The notes under the pieces are model-generated. The model did no database searches. It worked only from the letters and a program-made list of their open reading frames with translations, and had not been told where the DNA came from. A stretch of 64,000 bases of DNA from Eledone cirrhosa (lineage: Eukaryota), in the NCBI GenBank assembly GCA_964016885.1, contig OZ024740.1, positions 278,814,001-278,878,000 on the forward strand, given 5' to 3'. Below are positions 34,669-48,524 of the stretch, one piece after another (position 1 is the stretch's first letter; the number at the start of each line of letters is the position of its first letter). The translations under genes were made by a program, and so were the position numbers.

Positions 34669-36950
34669 GTTGCATTTATCTTGCTTTATGTTCATACGAG
34701 TTATCACCAAGTCACAACCAGTGACCTCAAGAGACAACAAGGTCCGCCATGTTCAAGAAAGAACATACATACACACACATGCATCTTTAGGTGTTTAGAC
34801 TTGTGATGTACTTATATTGACAGAATCTTCCTTAGTATATGGGCAGTTCCCATTAGTACTATCTTTTGTATTTCTCCTATACGCGGGTTTCCTGGGATTT
34901 GCGATAAGTAATCATTAGACCCCCTAGGTATCATTCCCAGAGCGCCTACAACCACTGGTATTGTTTTAGTTCTCAATTTCCACATTTTTCCAATTTCTAT
35001 CTCCAGGTCCTTACATTCTTGTCTATTGGAACGGACATATCAATTAGCAGGCATACCCTTTTTTTAAAATCCTTCAGTATTATATCAGGTCTATTTGTAT
35101 CTATTTTTCGGTCTGTTTGGATGCTAAAGTTCCACAAGATTGAGATGTGATCTTTTTCAAGTATGGGAGGTGGTTGATGCTCCCACCAATTCTTTTGATG
35201 GGACAGGTCAAAATGCTTACACATTATCCAATGTATGTATTGTGCAGCTCTGTCATGCCTGTTTAGGTATTCGGTTGGAGCTATAGGACTGCACATTGAA
35301 ATTATATGGTCAATGGTCTCTGGTTGTTTTTTGCATACACGGCATAATGGGCTGCATCCATTTTTTATTATGTTGGCTTGGTAATTTTTTGTTGGCAGAC
35401 ACTGATCTTGTGCTGATATAATCAGTCCTTCAGTCTCCGATTTCAGTCCAGAGGATGCCAACCACTGATGGGTTAAAGTTTTGTCAACATCAGGATTGTT
35501 AGCTCTTTCTGGGTATTTTCCATACAGGGGCTTTTCTTGCCATTTCTTAGCCAGTTTCTGTAGCAGTTCTTTCTTTGCAGTTACTTTTACCTGCTTTGCT
35601 TTTTCTGTGTTTTCCATTTCAGCAGTAAATGGGACTTCTGAAATTTGTAGTCCTTTGTAATGGAGTATGATATTTTGATGCTTTTGTGTTTCAAAACGAG
35701 TTTGATCATCCAATCATGTGATTCCCTTAGATATATAGATAATCCAATTGTTGCAGTTTTCAACGCAATATCTAACTGGATTAACCCACGTCCTCCTTCT
35801 TTCCTAGGGAGATATATTCTATCTATATCTGCCTTAGGGTGATGCATTCTGTGCATGGTTAAGAATTTTCGAATTTTTGTATCGAGCCTACGGATCTCTG
35901 TGCTTGACCAGTTGATGACATTGTAACTGTAGGTTACTACTGGTATGGCAAGCGTGTTTATGGCATCGATCCTATTCCTTGCATTCAATTCCGTTCTTAA
36001 GATTGCTCTTACTCTGCGGAAACATTCCTTCCTTATCCTTTCCCTCATTGTCGAGTGCTTGATTCCGTCTCCTTCACAAACACCTAGATATTTGTAAGTT
36101 TTTTCTTGATTAAGTTCTCTTATCACGTTCCCCCGATCAAGATTAATGTCTGAACTCTTCAGCAGCTTTCCTCTGGTGAACGTTGCTTTGGCGCATTTAT
36201 CTAGTCCAAACTCCATTTTAATGTCATCACTGAACTGCTCCACAGTGGATAATAGCCCTTGCAATTGTTCATCATTTTTTGCAAATAGTTTCAGGTCATC
36301 CATGTAGAACAAGTGATTAATGGTTTTGTCATAGACTTTATATCCATGTTTTGTTTCATTGAGCATTTTACTTAATGGTATAAGTGCGATGCAGAATAAA
36401 AGCGGTGATAAAGAGTCACCCTGAAAAATTCCATAATTAATATTAACTTCTCCAGCTTCCAGTGATTTTGTTTCACTATTCAAAAGGAGTGTCGTTTTCC
36501 ATGTCTTCATACTGAATGACAGGAACCTCCTGACAACGGGAGATATTTTGAAAATCTTTAAACATTTTTCAATCCAAATGTGTGGCAAACTATCGAATGC
36601 TTTTTTATCCAAGCAATTGATAGATTTTTGTGTCTATTATGACAATCTTCCAGTATCATTTTGTTAACCAAAAGCTGATCCTTACAGGCATATGAGCCTC
36701 GTTTACACCCTTTCTGCTCATTGGGAAATAGATCATTTGTTATCAGGTGGTCATATGTATATTCAGTTAGGACTGATGTTAAAATGTTATACATTGTGGT
36801 CAAGCAAGTTATCGGTCTGTAATTTTGGGGATTGTTTGTCTCATCATTCTTCGGAAGCAGGAATGTAATGCCGTTAACTAGCCATGATGGTATCTTTTCT
36901 GGCTCCTTAACTATTTCATTGAAAAGTTGGGCTAACAGCTCATGAGTCTC
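34668..36950 (-). mobile_element. R4/Dong-type RLE retrotransposon (family 2), 5'-truncated copy A, decayed
   Basis: KAFDSLPH, GIFQGDSLSP, HLFYMDDLK, FGLDKCA, YKYLG, CRVCKKQPETIDHIISMC, NRPDII; the 3' end abuts (TAA)n. Confidence 0.9.
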
Positions 36951-36977
36951 TTATTATTATCGTTATTATTATTATTA

Positions 36978-39790
36978 CAGTTGCATTTATCTTGCTTTAT
37001 GTTCATACGAGTTATCACCAAGTCACAACCAGTGACCTCAAGAGACAACACGGTCCGCCATGTTCAAGAAAGAACATACATACTCACACATGCATCTTTA
37101 GTGTTTAGACTTGTAATGTACTTATATTGACAGAATCCTCCTTAGTATATGGGCAGTTCCCATTAGTACTATCTTTTGTATTTCTCCTATACGCGGGTTT
37201 CCTGGGATTTGCGATAAGTAATCATTAGACCCCCTATGTATCATTCCCAGAGCGCCTACAACCACTGGTATTGTTTTAGTTCTCAATTTCCACATTTTTC
37301 CAATTTCTATCTCCAGGTCCTTATACTTGCTCAATTTTTCAAATGTTTTTATAGATACATTCACGTTCCCCCGATCAAGATTAATGTCCTCTGGTGAACG
37401 TTGCTTTGGCGCATTTATCTAGTCCAAACTCCATTTTAATGTCATCACTGAACTGCTCCACAGTGGATAATAGCCCTTGCAATTGTTCATCATTTTTTGC
37501 AAATAGTTTCAGGTCATCCATGTAGAACAAGTGATTAATGGTTTTGTCATAGACTTTATATCCATGTTTTGTTTCATTGAACATTTTACTTAATGGTATA
37601 AGTGCGATGCAGAATAAAAGCGGTGATAAAGAGTCACCTTGAAAAATTCCACAATTAATATTAACTTCTCCAGCTTCCAGTTATTTGTTTTCACTATTCA
37701 AAAGGAGTGTCGTTTTCCATGTCTTCATACTGAATGACAAAAACCTCCTGACAACGGGGGATATTTTGAAAATCTCTAAACATTTTTCAATCCAACTGTG
37801 TGGCAAACTATCGAATGCTTTTTTATAATCTATCCAAGCAATTGATAGATTTTTGTGTCTATTATGACAATCTTCCAGTATCATTTTGTTAACCAAAAGC
37901 TGATCCTTACAGGCATATGAGCCTCGTTTACACCCTTTCTGCTCAATGGGAAATAGGTCATTTGTTATCAGGTGGTCATATGTGTATTCAGTTAGGACTG
38001 ATGTTAAAATTTTATACATTGTGGTCAAGCAAGTTATCGGTCTGTAATTTTTAGGATTGTTTGTCTCATCATTCTTCGGAAGCAGGAATGTAATGCCGTT
38101 AACTGGCCATGATGGTATCTTTTCTGGCTCCTTAACTATTTCATTGTAAAGTTGGGCTAACAGCTCATGAGACTCTGTGAAGGCATTTATCCAAAAATTT
38201 TGTATTTTGTCTTTTCCTTGGTATTTCCATTTGCTGGTTTTTCTTAGAGCCAAGCGCAACTGTTCAACTGTTATATTTTCCTATATTTGTTCTTCAAGGT
38301 GAGCTATATCTTTCATTTGTCTGTCTATCCATGGGGCATGTATGTTATGAACTTTTTCTTCGGCCCAGATCTTTTCCCAGAATTCTTGCACTTTCTCCTT
38401 GGGTGGTATTGATTTAGCAGTTATTGTTGACTTACCAATTTTTCTGTAGAAGTTTCTTTGGTTGTTTTTGAACATATTATTGTCCTTATAGAATCTAGAT
38501 CGTTTTTCAAAGCGCTTTATACGAGCAGCTTTGGCCGACACTTTTTGCTTGATTATTTCTATCAGCATGTCTATGTCACTTGTTGATTTTATACTGTACT
38601 TTCTTTTCAATTTTCTAAGTTTAGTTTGTTTAACATGTTCACCTACTTTATAGTTTGTTAACATTTCTATGTCAGATCGGAGAAGGTTTATTTGGCGATT
38701 GATGTTCTCTTGCCAAGTAGATTTCTTGTGGGAATTCCTTTGTTTTTTCATCTTCACTCCACATAAGTGAGTGGTGACTTTAGCCGATGCATAATAGAGA
38801 TGATTTAAATCAGTAATGTTTAGTTTGTTTGTGATGATAATGTTTTTGAGAATTATGTTAGTCTTGTGTATTATCTTTTGGTTCTGTTTGGAGTTCTGGA
38901 TCTTAGGGAGGGTGTCTCGTTGCCCCATGTCAGATTCTTTCATTTTCATCCATTCGATCATAATTTCATCCTTCAAGTTGGCAAGTTCATTCTCATTCAT
39001 TTCTTTATCATTTACGATCTCATTATTTTCATTTGGAGTTTCATCTTGAGCATGCACTCCCTCCACTTTTTCGATCCTTTCTTTAATTTGTTCTGTTGCC
39101 AGTGATTCCGCCCCAACCCTGGGATTCGAAGTGTTACAATTTACCTCGTTTTCACTGACACATGTTTCATTTTCCCTTCGCTGACTTTGTGCTAATAGCT
39201 TGATCTGATCAATTTCTATATCAGTTAGTAACTTTTTTCTTACAATATTTCTTCGTATATTGGCTAGTTTGTTAATGTCAATATAGCCTCTGTTTTCGGG
39301 ATCTTTCTTTTTCCAGTTGATATATGTCTGTTCTGTATTCGATGTATTTGATGGGTAGTACATGGCAGTGTAGAAAGCCTCAAGGACTTCTTTATTATCT
39401 TCCCTTGACCATTTTTCTCTCTTTTTCTTTGGATTTCTTGGTGGTGAGCATGGAGGGCCAACAGTAGGAGTATTCCGGTTATGGGAGGTCTCCAGCTCCG
39501 AAGTGATGGGAAGGTTTGAACCATTAGCTGATTTTTCGACCCAGTCTGGTTCCTCTCTGAGGGACGCGGCCCTTTTTTACCCGGGTGACGGCCGATCCGG
39601 TATGAGATTTTATCATTAGACATTTACTTTATTTTGTCGCGTTTTATCCTTATCCGCCAAGGGGTAATCATTTCGTGTTACCACTTCTAGAACGAGTGTC
39701 AACCAAGACTAGAGGGGTCGTTCTTCCCTAGAGACACGGCTATTCCCCGCCGGCCGCCATCCCGGTATTTCTTGGTCACGGGTTTTCTTT
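36978..39790 (-). mobile_element. R4/Dong-type RLE retrotransposon (family 2), copy B with 5' UTR and internal deletion
   Basis: ATG at 39623, N-terminal region, NYRPITCL, DYKKAFDS, YMDD, then a jump at ~37362 to KLSKYKDLEIE..LRRILSI; 3' UTR matches copy A. Confidence 0.9.
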
Positions 39791-40782
39791 TTGTTGTTTT
39801 TTTTAAATTGTTATTATCATGAGTGGTTCCTTAATGTGAGCATTGCGTGGCTTAAGAATGAAATTATTAATAATTGTCTCCACTCCAGGCACAAGGCCAG
39901 CAATCACCCAGTGCATTACAATAATATAATATACTTTTTGCTGAAGTTGCCTGTTATTGTTGTTGGCTATGTCGGTGGTGGTGCTGGGGCTTTTTATATT
40001 GTTGGTGAGGAAGGGGTGAGCCAGCAGTGCCATAGTTGTTGATGTTGACGTTTGGCCGGTGGCCAGGTCACTAAGTCAATCTATTTATATCTTTTGCTAG
40101 CCTCTCCCTTGTCTAGTGATACCGCCACCTTCCCCTTTCTCTCTCAAGTTAACAGGGGAATGGTGGTGGTAGCAATGTAGGAGTGGTGGCGGCGGTGATG
40201 GGATAGTGGTAGCAATGATGGATGGAGTGGTGGCGGTGGTGGCGTTGTCGTTACTGAGTTTTGTGATATGTAGTATATATGAGTTTGTGTCGCGTATGTT
40301 CAATATATATTGTGTTGACATATTCCCGTAAAATTGGAATTAAACATTTTGTTAAAACTTGAGACAATAATAATAGTAATTATTATTATGATGCTGGGAT
40401 TGGTGGTGGTGGTGGTGGTGGTGGTGAAATTGCCGTTATCTGGCTGTTATATTTAGTGTGATGGGGTAGGTGGTGTATCAAGTTTCTGGTGTTGGTGAAA
40501 TTGCTGTTATTTGGCTGTTCTATATAGTGTAGACAGACGGTGTTTGCTTCCATTTATAACCATTTTCTTTTTTGAATACAAAATATATAATACAAAATTG
40601 AATATTTGAGCGATATAACAATATAATATGGATCCGAAATTTTATGGGACTTGATTCGGTGGTTTATGCAACATTTGTACTAAGAATTGTTATTTCACAA
40701 TTGATTTAAATATGTTAAAAATCAAAAACTTACGGGACCGATTTCATGACCTTCTACCACCTCGTGCGTCTTCTTCCCTTCC

Positions 40783-40853
<71 letters not shown>
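40783..40853. repeat. (ATT)n microsatellite without a LINE insertion, followed by a SINE
   Basis: Seen directly. Confidence 0.9.
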
Positions 40854-40857
40854 GGAA

Positions 40858-41045
40858 TGGCGGCGATTTGGCAGTATCGGTAGAGGGTTAGACATCATGC
40901 TTTCTAGCATAGTTACGTCCTATTACGGTCTGAGTTCAAATCCCGTCGAGGTTAACTTTGCCTTTCATCCTTACGGGGTCGATAAAATAAAGTACCAGTA
41001 ATGTACTGGGTAATTGCTGGCCTTGTGCCAAAAGAAGAAACAATT
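40858..41045 (+). mobile_element. tRNA-derived SINE
   Basis: Matches 16953-17140. Confidence 0.8.
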
Positions 41046-41425
41046 ATTATTATTATTATTATTGCATATATTATATATATATATATATATTATTACATAT
41101 ATGTATTATATGTCATGACTGGTATAGAATCAAATATGTCATGTCTCTTAAAAACAGCTCATTGAAAGAATTCAAAGAGTAAATTCGAGCAGTCAATCAT
41201 TATAAACTAGTGAATGATATATATCTATACACACATAAATATCTCCGTTATCAGGTATCTATGTTTTGAAATTTGTTATTAAATTTTTAATATGATACCT
41301 AATTAATTATGTATTCTTACATTATGTGCGGATTGTCTCTAGTTGAAGTTTGATGTGTCTTAATATGCACTTATATCCTAGGATATTTATGTGTGTATAG
41401 ATATATATCATTCACTATTTTATAA

Positions 41426-41490
<65 letters not shown>

Positions 41491-41929
41491 GAAAGAGTGG
41501 GAGAGAGAGTCTACTGTGCCGAGACCGAGGAGATCACTAATCATGGGAGTACTCAATGCATGGGGAGATGCAGAGCGGATATATAGATAGGTAAACTCCC
41601 GACCGCTTAGCACTGCGGCTGAGATTCTCTCTCTCTATATATATATATATTAGAAAGTGAGGTTTTTTTACAAAATGAAAAATAACCGAGGTGTCCTACA
41701 CGAGTGAAAGTATAAAGAAAAAAAGATGAAATCAAAAATGCAACTGGAGTCTTATTTTTTTTAATTATACATATTTATTTGGTTCCTTTACCGGTTTCGC
41801 AGTTCTTCTGCTTTTCAAAAGTAGAGTTGAGATGGAGGGTCTGTGGTTTTTCTCACATCTGGTTGGTCTTTGAATGTTACTTGTTTTATATGGAAAAAAA
41901 GTGGCTCGAAACGCCAGGTTTTTAGAGAA

Positions 41930-42160
41930 GTAATTTGATTGGTTGGTCAATAAGTATAATAAATTTCGCGCCAGTTCCCGTTACAAAGTTCCTCAAACAA
42001 GGGGGGAGGGGATCAGGTTGTTTTTTCATATATGAGTGTTTGAATTTCTTTTTACTTAAAAAAGGGGCTCCCGAAGGCTTTTTTTTATAAATGTAATTTG
42101 ATTGGTTATAAATGAAATTATGGCTGTTACGTGAACAAGTTCATTAAATTTCGCGCCCGT
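41930..42160 (+). promoter_or_regulatory. Candidate E2F/CCAAT promoter region
   Basis: Two ATTGG boxes (41938, 42101), each followed by TTTCGCGCC (41964, 42149); TTTGAA between them. Confidence 0.35.
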
Positions 42161-42342
42161 ATTTGGGAATTTATTTTGTAGCCTTTTAGAGAATTTTATG
42201 ACAAGCAAAAGATAATGGTCAAGAGAAATGGGATAGAAGAATTGTTCTGGTTCAGTGAATATGGTTAGTTCGCTGGGGTGTCAAAATTCAGATTTTCTAT
42301 TGAAATAAAGAAAGTAGAGATATGTATGTTTATTTGTGTGCT

Positions 42343-42378
<36 letters not shown>

Positions 42379-42432
42379 TGTGTATGTGTGTGTATAGGAA
42401 GATGATTCTATTAGTAGAAATGGGGGAGGGAG

Positions 42433-42499
<67 letters not shown>

Positions 42500-42854
42500 G
42501 GTGTTATGTGTGTGTGTGTGGGAGTATGTTAAGATGGAGAGAATATATATATTTTGTGTGTGTGTATATGTGTGTAGGAAAGTGATTCTATTAGTAGAAA
42601 TGGGGAGGGAGTTGTGTGTGTATGGGGGTATTATGTGTGTGTATGGGTGTTATGTGTGTGTGGGAGTATGGTTAGCATGTTAAGATGAAGAGAATATATA
42701 TTTTGTGTGTGGGGGGGGGAATGATTCCGTTATTAGGAATATTTTTGAATGAACATATTTTCCTTATATATATAATTAAATAGCTCTGTTCTATACATAG
42801 AGCACTCTTTTTTCCTTTGCTTTTTCTTCGGAAATATTTAACATATATATATAT

Positions 42855-42926
<72 letters not shown>

Positions 42927-43387
42927 CTCGGTAAAATTTTTCGTTGAGCCAATTTGATTATAAAGGACATTTGTGACTTTTTAACTCAATATACATTTTT
43001 GATAAATTATGCTCTTATGCTTTTGGTGAACTTTTAATATCTCGAATGCTTCTTGTTGCTATTTTTTAGAAACTGCACGTCCTATTCGACCCGCTTGGCA
43101 CGCGATAACCATGTGCTTTTCCTCTCTTAACACATGTGCGTTATTTAGTCTTCTGGGAAATTTAGTAGTGAAGGGTTTACCGATTTGAACATCCATTGAA
43201 AAGCATCGAGCCAGTAACTCTCTTCACTGAATTACGAAAGAGTGTTATCCGAAAGGTGTCTGGATGTTGATAGTTATCATAGTAGGTTTATGTATCTTGA
43301 TTTATCTTTTTAATTGAGTTCTGTGAACCGTAATATCTTTAGTCAGTATTTTAATTACCTTGGCGGTCTGTGTCCCTTGTGATTTGA

Positions 43388-43472
<85 letters not shown>

Positions 43473-43569
43473 CTTTTATATATTTATATATATATATATA
43501 TATTTCGTTTCTGAAAGCAACTGGTGCGTGTGTTTCTTATTGGCAACATGACCCTCCCAAAGTATAACA

Positions 43570-43651
<82 letters not shown>

Positions 43652-43653
<2 letters not shown>

Positions 43654-43816
43654 GTATTTCACGGCGTCGAAGATGGTACTTTTTTCCTAAAATAATTCCC
43701 AAAAATCTACCATGAGTCCTGGACGCCGAAGGTTGTTTATCATTTTTATCAAATTTTTGGTTGTCAAAATTTGGGTGCGTCCTCGAATATGAAGCGTCTT
43801 CGGCGCCGGGAAATAC

Positions 43817-43818
<2 letters not shown>
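43652..43818. mobile_element. Tc1/mariner-superfamily MITE in (TA)n
   Basis: TIRs CCGTATTTCACGGCGTCGAAGA / TCTTCGGCGCCGGGAAATACGG flanked by TA. Confidence 0.75.
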
Positions 43819-43888
<70 letters not shown>

Positions 43889-43997
43889 ATATTCATTGTA
43901 ATATTCTGCCTTATGATCAAAAATATTTTTATTAGCAGAGATGCGTGAAATCCGTTGCTGGACGCTATATATAATATAGATATATATATATATATAT

Positions 43998-44285
43998 CTA
44001 AGGCGGGTAAAATTCCCGAGATCCATGGACGAGTTCTCTCCAGCGGTCTCTGTCCCTCATTATCGCTGCCATGTCCCGCGTCTCCAACAGACCAGTGTCT
44101 GTCCTTAGGGCATCAACATACGTTAACCTTGGTCTTCCTCTTCTAGTGTGTCCATGTAGGGGCTCCCAAAGGAGTACTGAGTGCAATGTTAACTCTGGAT
44201 GTCGGTGAGCATGTCCAGCTAACCTCAGTCTCCTCTGTGTCACTTTTGAGCTGACTCTTGGGATGCTCCCATACAGCTCTGAGCA
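43998..44285 (-). mobile_element. 3' fragment of an RTE-like LINE
   Basis: RRLRLAGHAHRH..LLWEPLHGHTRRGRPRLTYVDAL..MRDRDRWR C-terminal motif; (TA)n at the 3' end. Confidence 0.7.
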
Positions 44286-46680
44286 TATAGCGTCCAGCAA
44301 CGGATTTCACGCATCTCTACTAATAAAAATATTTTTGATCATAAGGTCGAATATTACAATGAGGCTTTACATAGAGCAGGATACTCGAATAAAATTAAAT
44401 ACTTAGATAACAATAACATGATAAATCATCCTAGAATTCATTATAATAACAACAACCAATTCAACTTGAATAGTAAACCAATCAAAAAAACCAGAACTAG
44501 AAATATTATTTGGTACTCTCCTCCATTCTCATTAGGCGTTAAAACACCTTTAGCAAAGCTATTTTTCAAAGCACTAGATAGGTGTTTTCCTTAAGCCCAC
44601 AGATACCACTCTATTTTTAACAGACACACTATAAAACTATTCTACTCTACTATACTACTATGAACATAGTACAAAATATAAATGGAATTAATAATAGAAA
44701 CTTAAATTTAAACCCTAACCAAACAAACCAAGATAGCAATAATAATATTTCTAATAACAATATTCATAATAATAGTACCCTTCCTAGTAACAACAACTCC
44801 AGAAAATGTAACTGTAGAATTAAATCAAACTGCCCTTTACAAAATAATTGCTTAGACAAAAAACATAATTTATAAATCTACAGTTAAAACTTGAGACAAA
44901 ATATTTAACTATATAGGTGCCACTTCTACAAAATTCAAAGAACGCTGGTACAACCACAAACATACATTTAATAGGTCCGATAAAAAAAATCTTCCACTTC
45001 CCTTTCACATCTAATTTGGAATTTAAAGGACAACAATATAGACTATTCAATATCTTGGGGAACAGTTTCGAAAGCACCTGCATACTGAAATATGGCTTTC
45101 TCAAGAATCTGTCATTTGTGTATCGAGAGGATTTTTTATATAATTAACTGTCAAAACTATTAATTTAAAAACAGAATTATTTTCTGCTTGCAGGCATCGC
45201 CAAAAATCCACTTTCCGAAGTATTTTTAATCTATGATATTCATTACACGTGACTATATCTTATACATCTTTAAAATGATCCTATTATTTACTGAGTTTTT
45301 CTTTAAAAATTTAAAATTTTTTAAATGATCTTCCTTCTTAAATTTAGTATTTTTACCATTTGATATTCTCTTCCTAATGATACTCTTCTTAATCTATTTT
45401 TTAGATGTAGATTGGTACTCTTTAATTGACATTCTGAAAGATATCCTCTTTACGATAGTTCTTCGAAATGCACTCTTGACTTATCTAATGATACATTTTT
45501 TTCCTCTTCAAACTTTTCACACATCTTTCGACGTAAATAATATGTAATTGAAATTCTCATCCTTGAAAAACATATAATATAAAATACTTTATAATCTCAC
45601 ACAAAATAATATATAATTTTCTCTACATACTTTCGAAGTAAATCATTCATCAAATTTAATGGTTAGCAAATAATATTGGAGTTATCTTTACAATTGAGCA
45701 AACATAGACATGATTTCGCTAAATTAACAATATTCTGAAAACATTTTCAATGTTGGAACAAAATATTTGAATCTACAAATTGTTCTCCTCTTACAACTTG
45801 AACTACGTCTTTTTCTTAAATATTTATGTAAAATGTAAAATCAACATCCTTCGTAACTCATATTAGAAATATAAACAATTAATACGTGTGGTTTATTTCT
45901 ATAACATCACCAATAATACTTATACTTGCACAATTATTAATCTATATAGATATTTATATACTTACAACCTGTTGCAATGTAATAAGATAAAATGTACTTA
46001 CAACCATAATTCTTCATATAATCTAATAGATGAGGAACATCATTAAGTAATGTCAGTTTCATGAGGAGATAAAACGCCTCCATCCTTTTGAAGGAAAAAA
46101 GAAAATGAGTATAAATCCTGGAAAACTGAAAAAAAATGAGTATAAATCTAATTGATTATATATATAATATTATAACTCATAATATAGCTAAATAATTTTT
46201 TAAATTCTGGAATCATATTCCACCATTCCTACAAACTGTTAATTCTTTTTAAATTCATGTAAATACAAGCTTTTCTTTCTTTCTTTCTCTTTCTTCTTCC
46301 TACACATACATATATATATATCCTAATAATTATTTAAATCTACCTAGCGTCTAAAAATAACGTATTTTTTAGCCCTATACCTCAACCTCATTTGCATACT
46401 CATCTTAATAATTTGAAATATTTGACTTTTCTTCTCTTTCCCTTCTTTCCTTTTACTATCCAGGAAAAACTTGAACCGTTAAGATCTTCTTCCTGGATAT
46501 GTCAATATTTATAAAACAAACTTTATATTTTATCTGATGAGAGCGTACCAAAGTTTTGGTACCCTTGAAATATATATAATAGAATAAATATCGTTTTATA
46601 AATATACTTTCCATTTATTTAATATCATTGATATTATACTCCAGAAAACCTGCCGAGTGCTTCGAATCAGTTATAAACAT
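44286..46680 (+). mobile_element. 5'-truncated decayed Penelope-like element with 3' terminal repeat
   Basis: QRISRIS..YYNEAL..GY, RNIIWYSPPFS, IFNRHTIK, CNCRIKSNCPLQNNC, YIGATSTKFKERWYNH; hammerhead repeat at 46458-46680; short inverted copy at 43886-43968. Confidence 0.8.
46526..46586 (+). ncRNA. Type-I hammerhead ribozyme with (UA)n stem III
   Basis: UAUUUUAU CUGAUGA GAGCGUACCAA-AGUU-UUGGUACCCUU GAAA UAUAUAUA AUAGAAUA. Confidence 0.75.
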
Positions 46681-47472
46681 ATATATTTGTTGAATTACCA
46701 ACAAATTAAATATCCCTTTTGCCTATATATATATATATATATATATATATACTTGCCATTGACCACATACTGCTGCCCCTAAATCACGTGATAGTAGCGG
46801 ATAACTCTGTTTAATCCTTTCTTGTTTGAAAATGTTCACTGACGAGTTGAAATTTTCACAGCATTCAATGCTGAGTTTTGCTCAATGAAACTGCAGTAGC
46901 GAAGCTCTAAGTAAGTAGCTAAATATTGCTTTATCTTATTTGCCACATCTGTTATTCACACTGAAGAAATCTCCGAGGCTGGGAAAATCCGACTATCACC
47001 CCTGCTCATACCCACGTCGCCCATTTTCCGTTTTCGGAAAAAGAAGGCGATTTCAAGCAAATCGGAGGTCAGATTCGTTGAAAACACATGAAAAAAACTA
47101 AGAAAAAAAATTCCTTTCATGATCCTCAATGGATGCTTTTCTATAAATTTAAACGGCTGGGAAGTGTTTAGCTGTAACTCCGGGGGTCCTCCTCACTCCC
47201 TGCCTCTGTTTTCGGGAAAATGAGTCGTTGGTGCGTCAGTCGGATGTTAGATCTTTTGTAAACAAACGAAAAAAACTTAGAAAAGAAAAAATTCTCACAG
47301 AAGAAATCCACCACCACCCCATTCCGTTTTCAGTGAAAAAGTTGATTGCAAGCATGGCGGAGGTCGTATTTGCTGTAAACTCACGAAAAATCTATCTTAA
47401 TTATTACTAATTTTATTTAGCGTTTTTAGCGGTCAACCTACTAACTTCTTTTTAATAAGTATTATAGATATA

Positions 47473-47800
47473 CATTTGTCTCCCGGTATTTGCGGAGGTT
47501 ACGTCCCTAGAGCACCTGCGAAGAGGGAAAAACCGCGAATATTGGACGTGATCCATAAAAATGCCTATAAACGTCAAAACATAACGTAAAAATATAGACC
47601 GGCAAATATGGTATATTGTTATTAATAATTTAGCGTTAAAAAGTGTGAACAAATATATATTGCCACGAAAGAAGCCATAAAAAGGTGCGGAAGATATTTA
47701 CGATTCCGCAAATAAGCGATGCTTTCCACGAACAATTATTAGCTAGGTTCTAAGACAAAATCTGCGAATAATCGGGACCGCGAATGCTGAGGGTACACTG
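47473..47800. mobile_element. pogo/Tigger-like MITE
   Basis: Degenerate TIRs CATTTGTCTCCCGGTATTTGCGG / CCGCGAATGCTGAGGGTACACTG with TA flanks. Confidence 0.5.
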
Positions 47801-47962
47801 TATATATATATGTGTGTGTGGGTCCCCCTCCCTCTCTGCCTCCGTTTTTGGAAAAGGGAGTCCTTGGCGAGTGAGTCAGAATAATAACAACAACAATCAC
47901 CTTAATTATAGTGAAAGTATTTTTTAAGTCTGTGTTGCGTTGTTGGACACACAGAAACACAT

Positions 47963-48035
<73 letters not shown>

Positions 48036-48344
48036 TGTTTTAGTTAGTTAGAGCGAGGAGTGGGTGGATTGAGTGAGATCTGGAGTAGTATTTCACTCTC
48101 TCTATATAGACAACATGACGAACGGAAGGGCAGTATCTGGATGCTAGAAAGAGCAATAGATTCTCCCCTCAACTCGCCCGCCCCCACATCATTCCGTTTT
48201 CGGAAATTAAGCCGACAGCGAGTTAGTTGAAGGTCTGATTAGTTGAAAACAAACGAAAACCTTTAATTATTATCAGTTTTATTTTGTGTTATTGTTAGCA
48301 GTCAACTTACAAACAAATAAACTTTCTTTTTATAAGGATATAAA

Positions 48345-48524
<180 letters not shown>

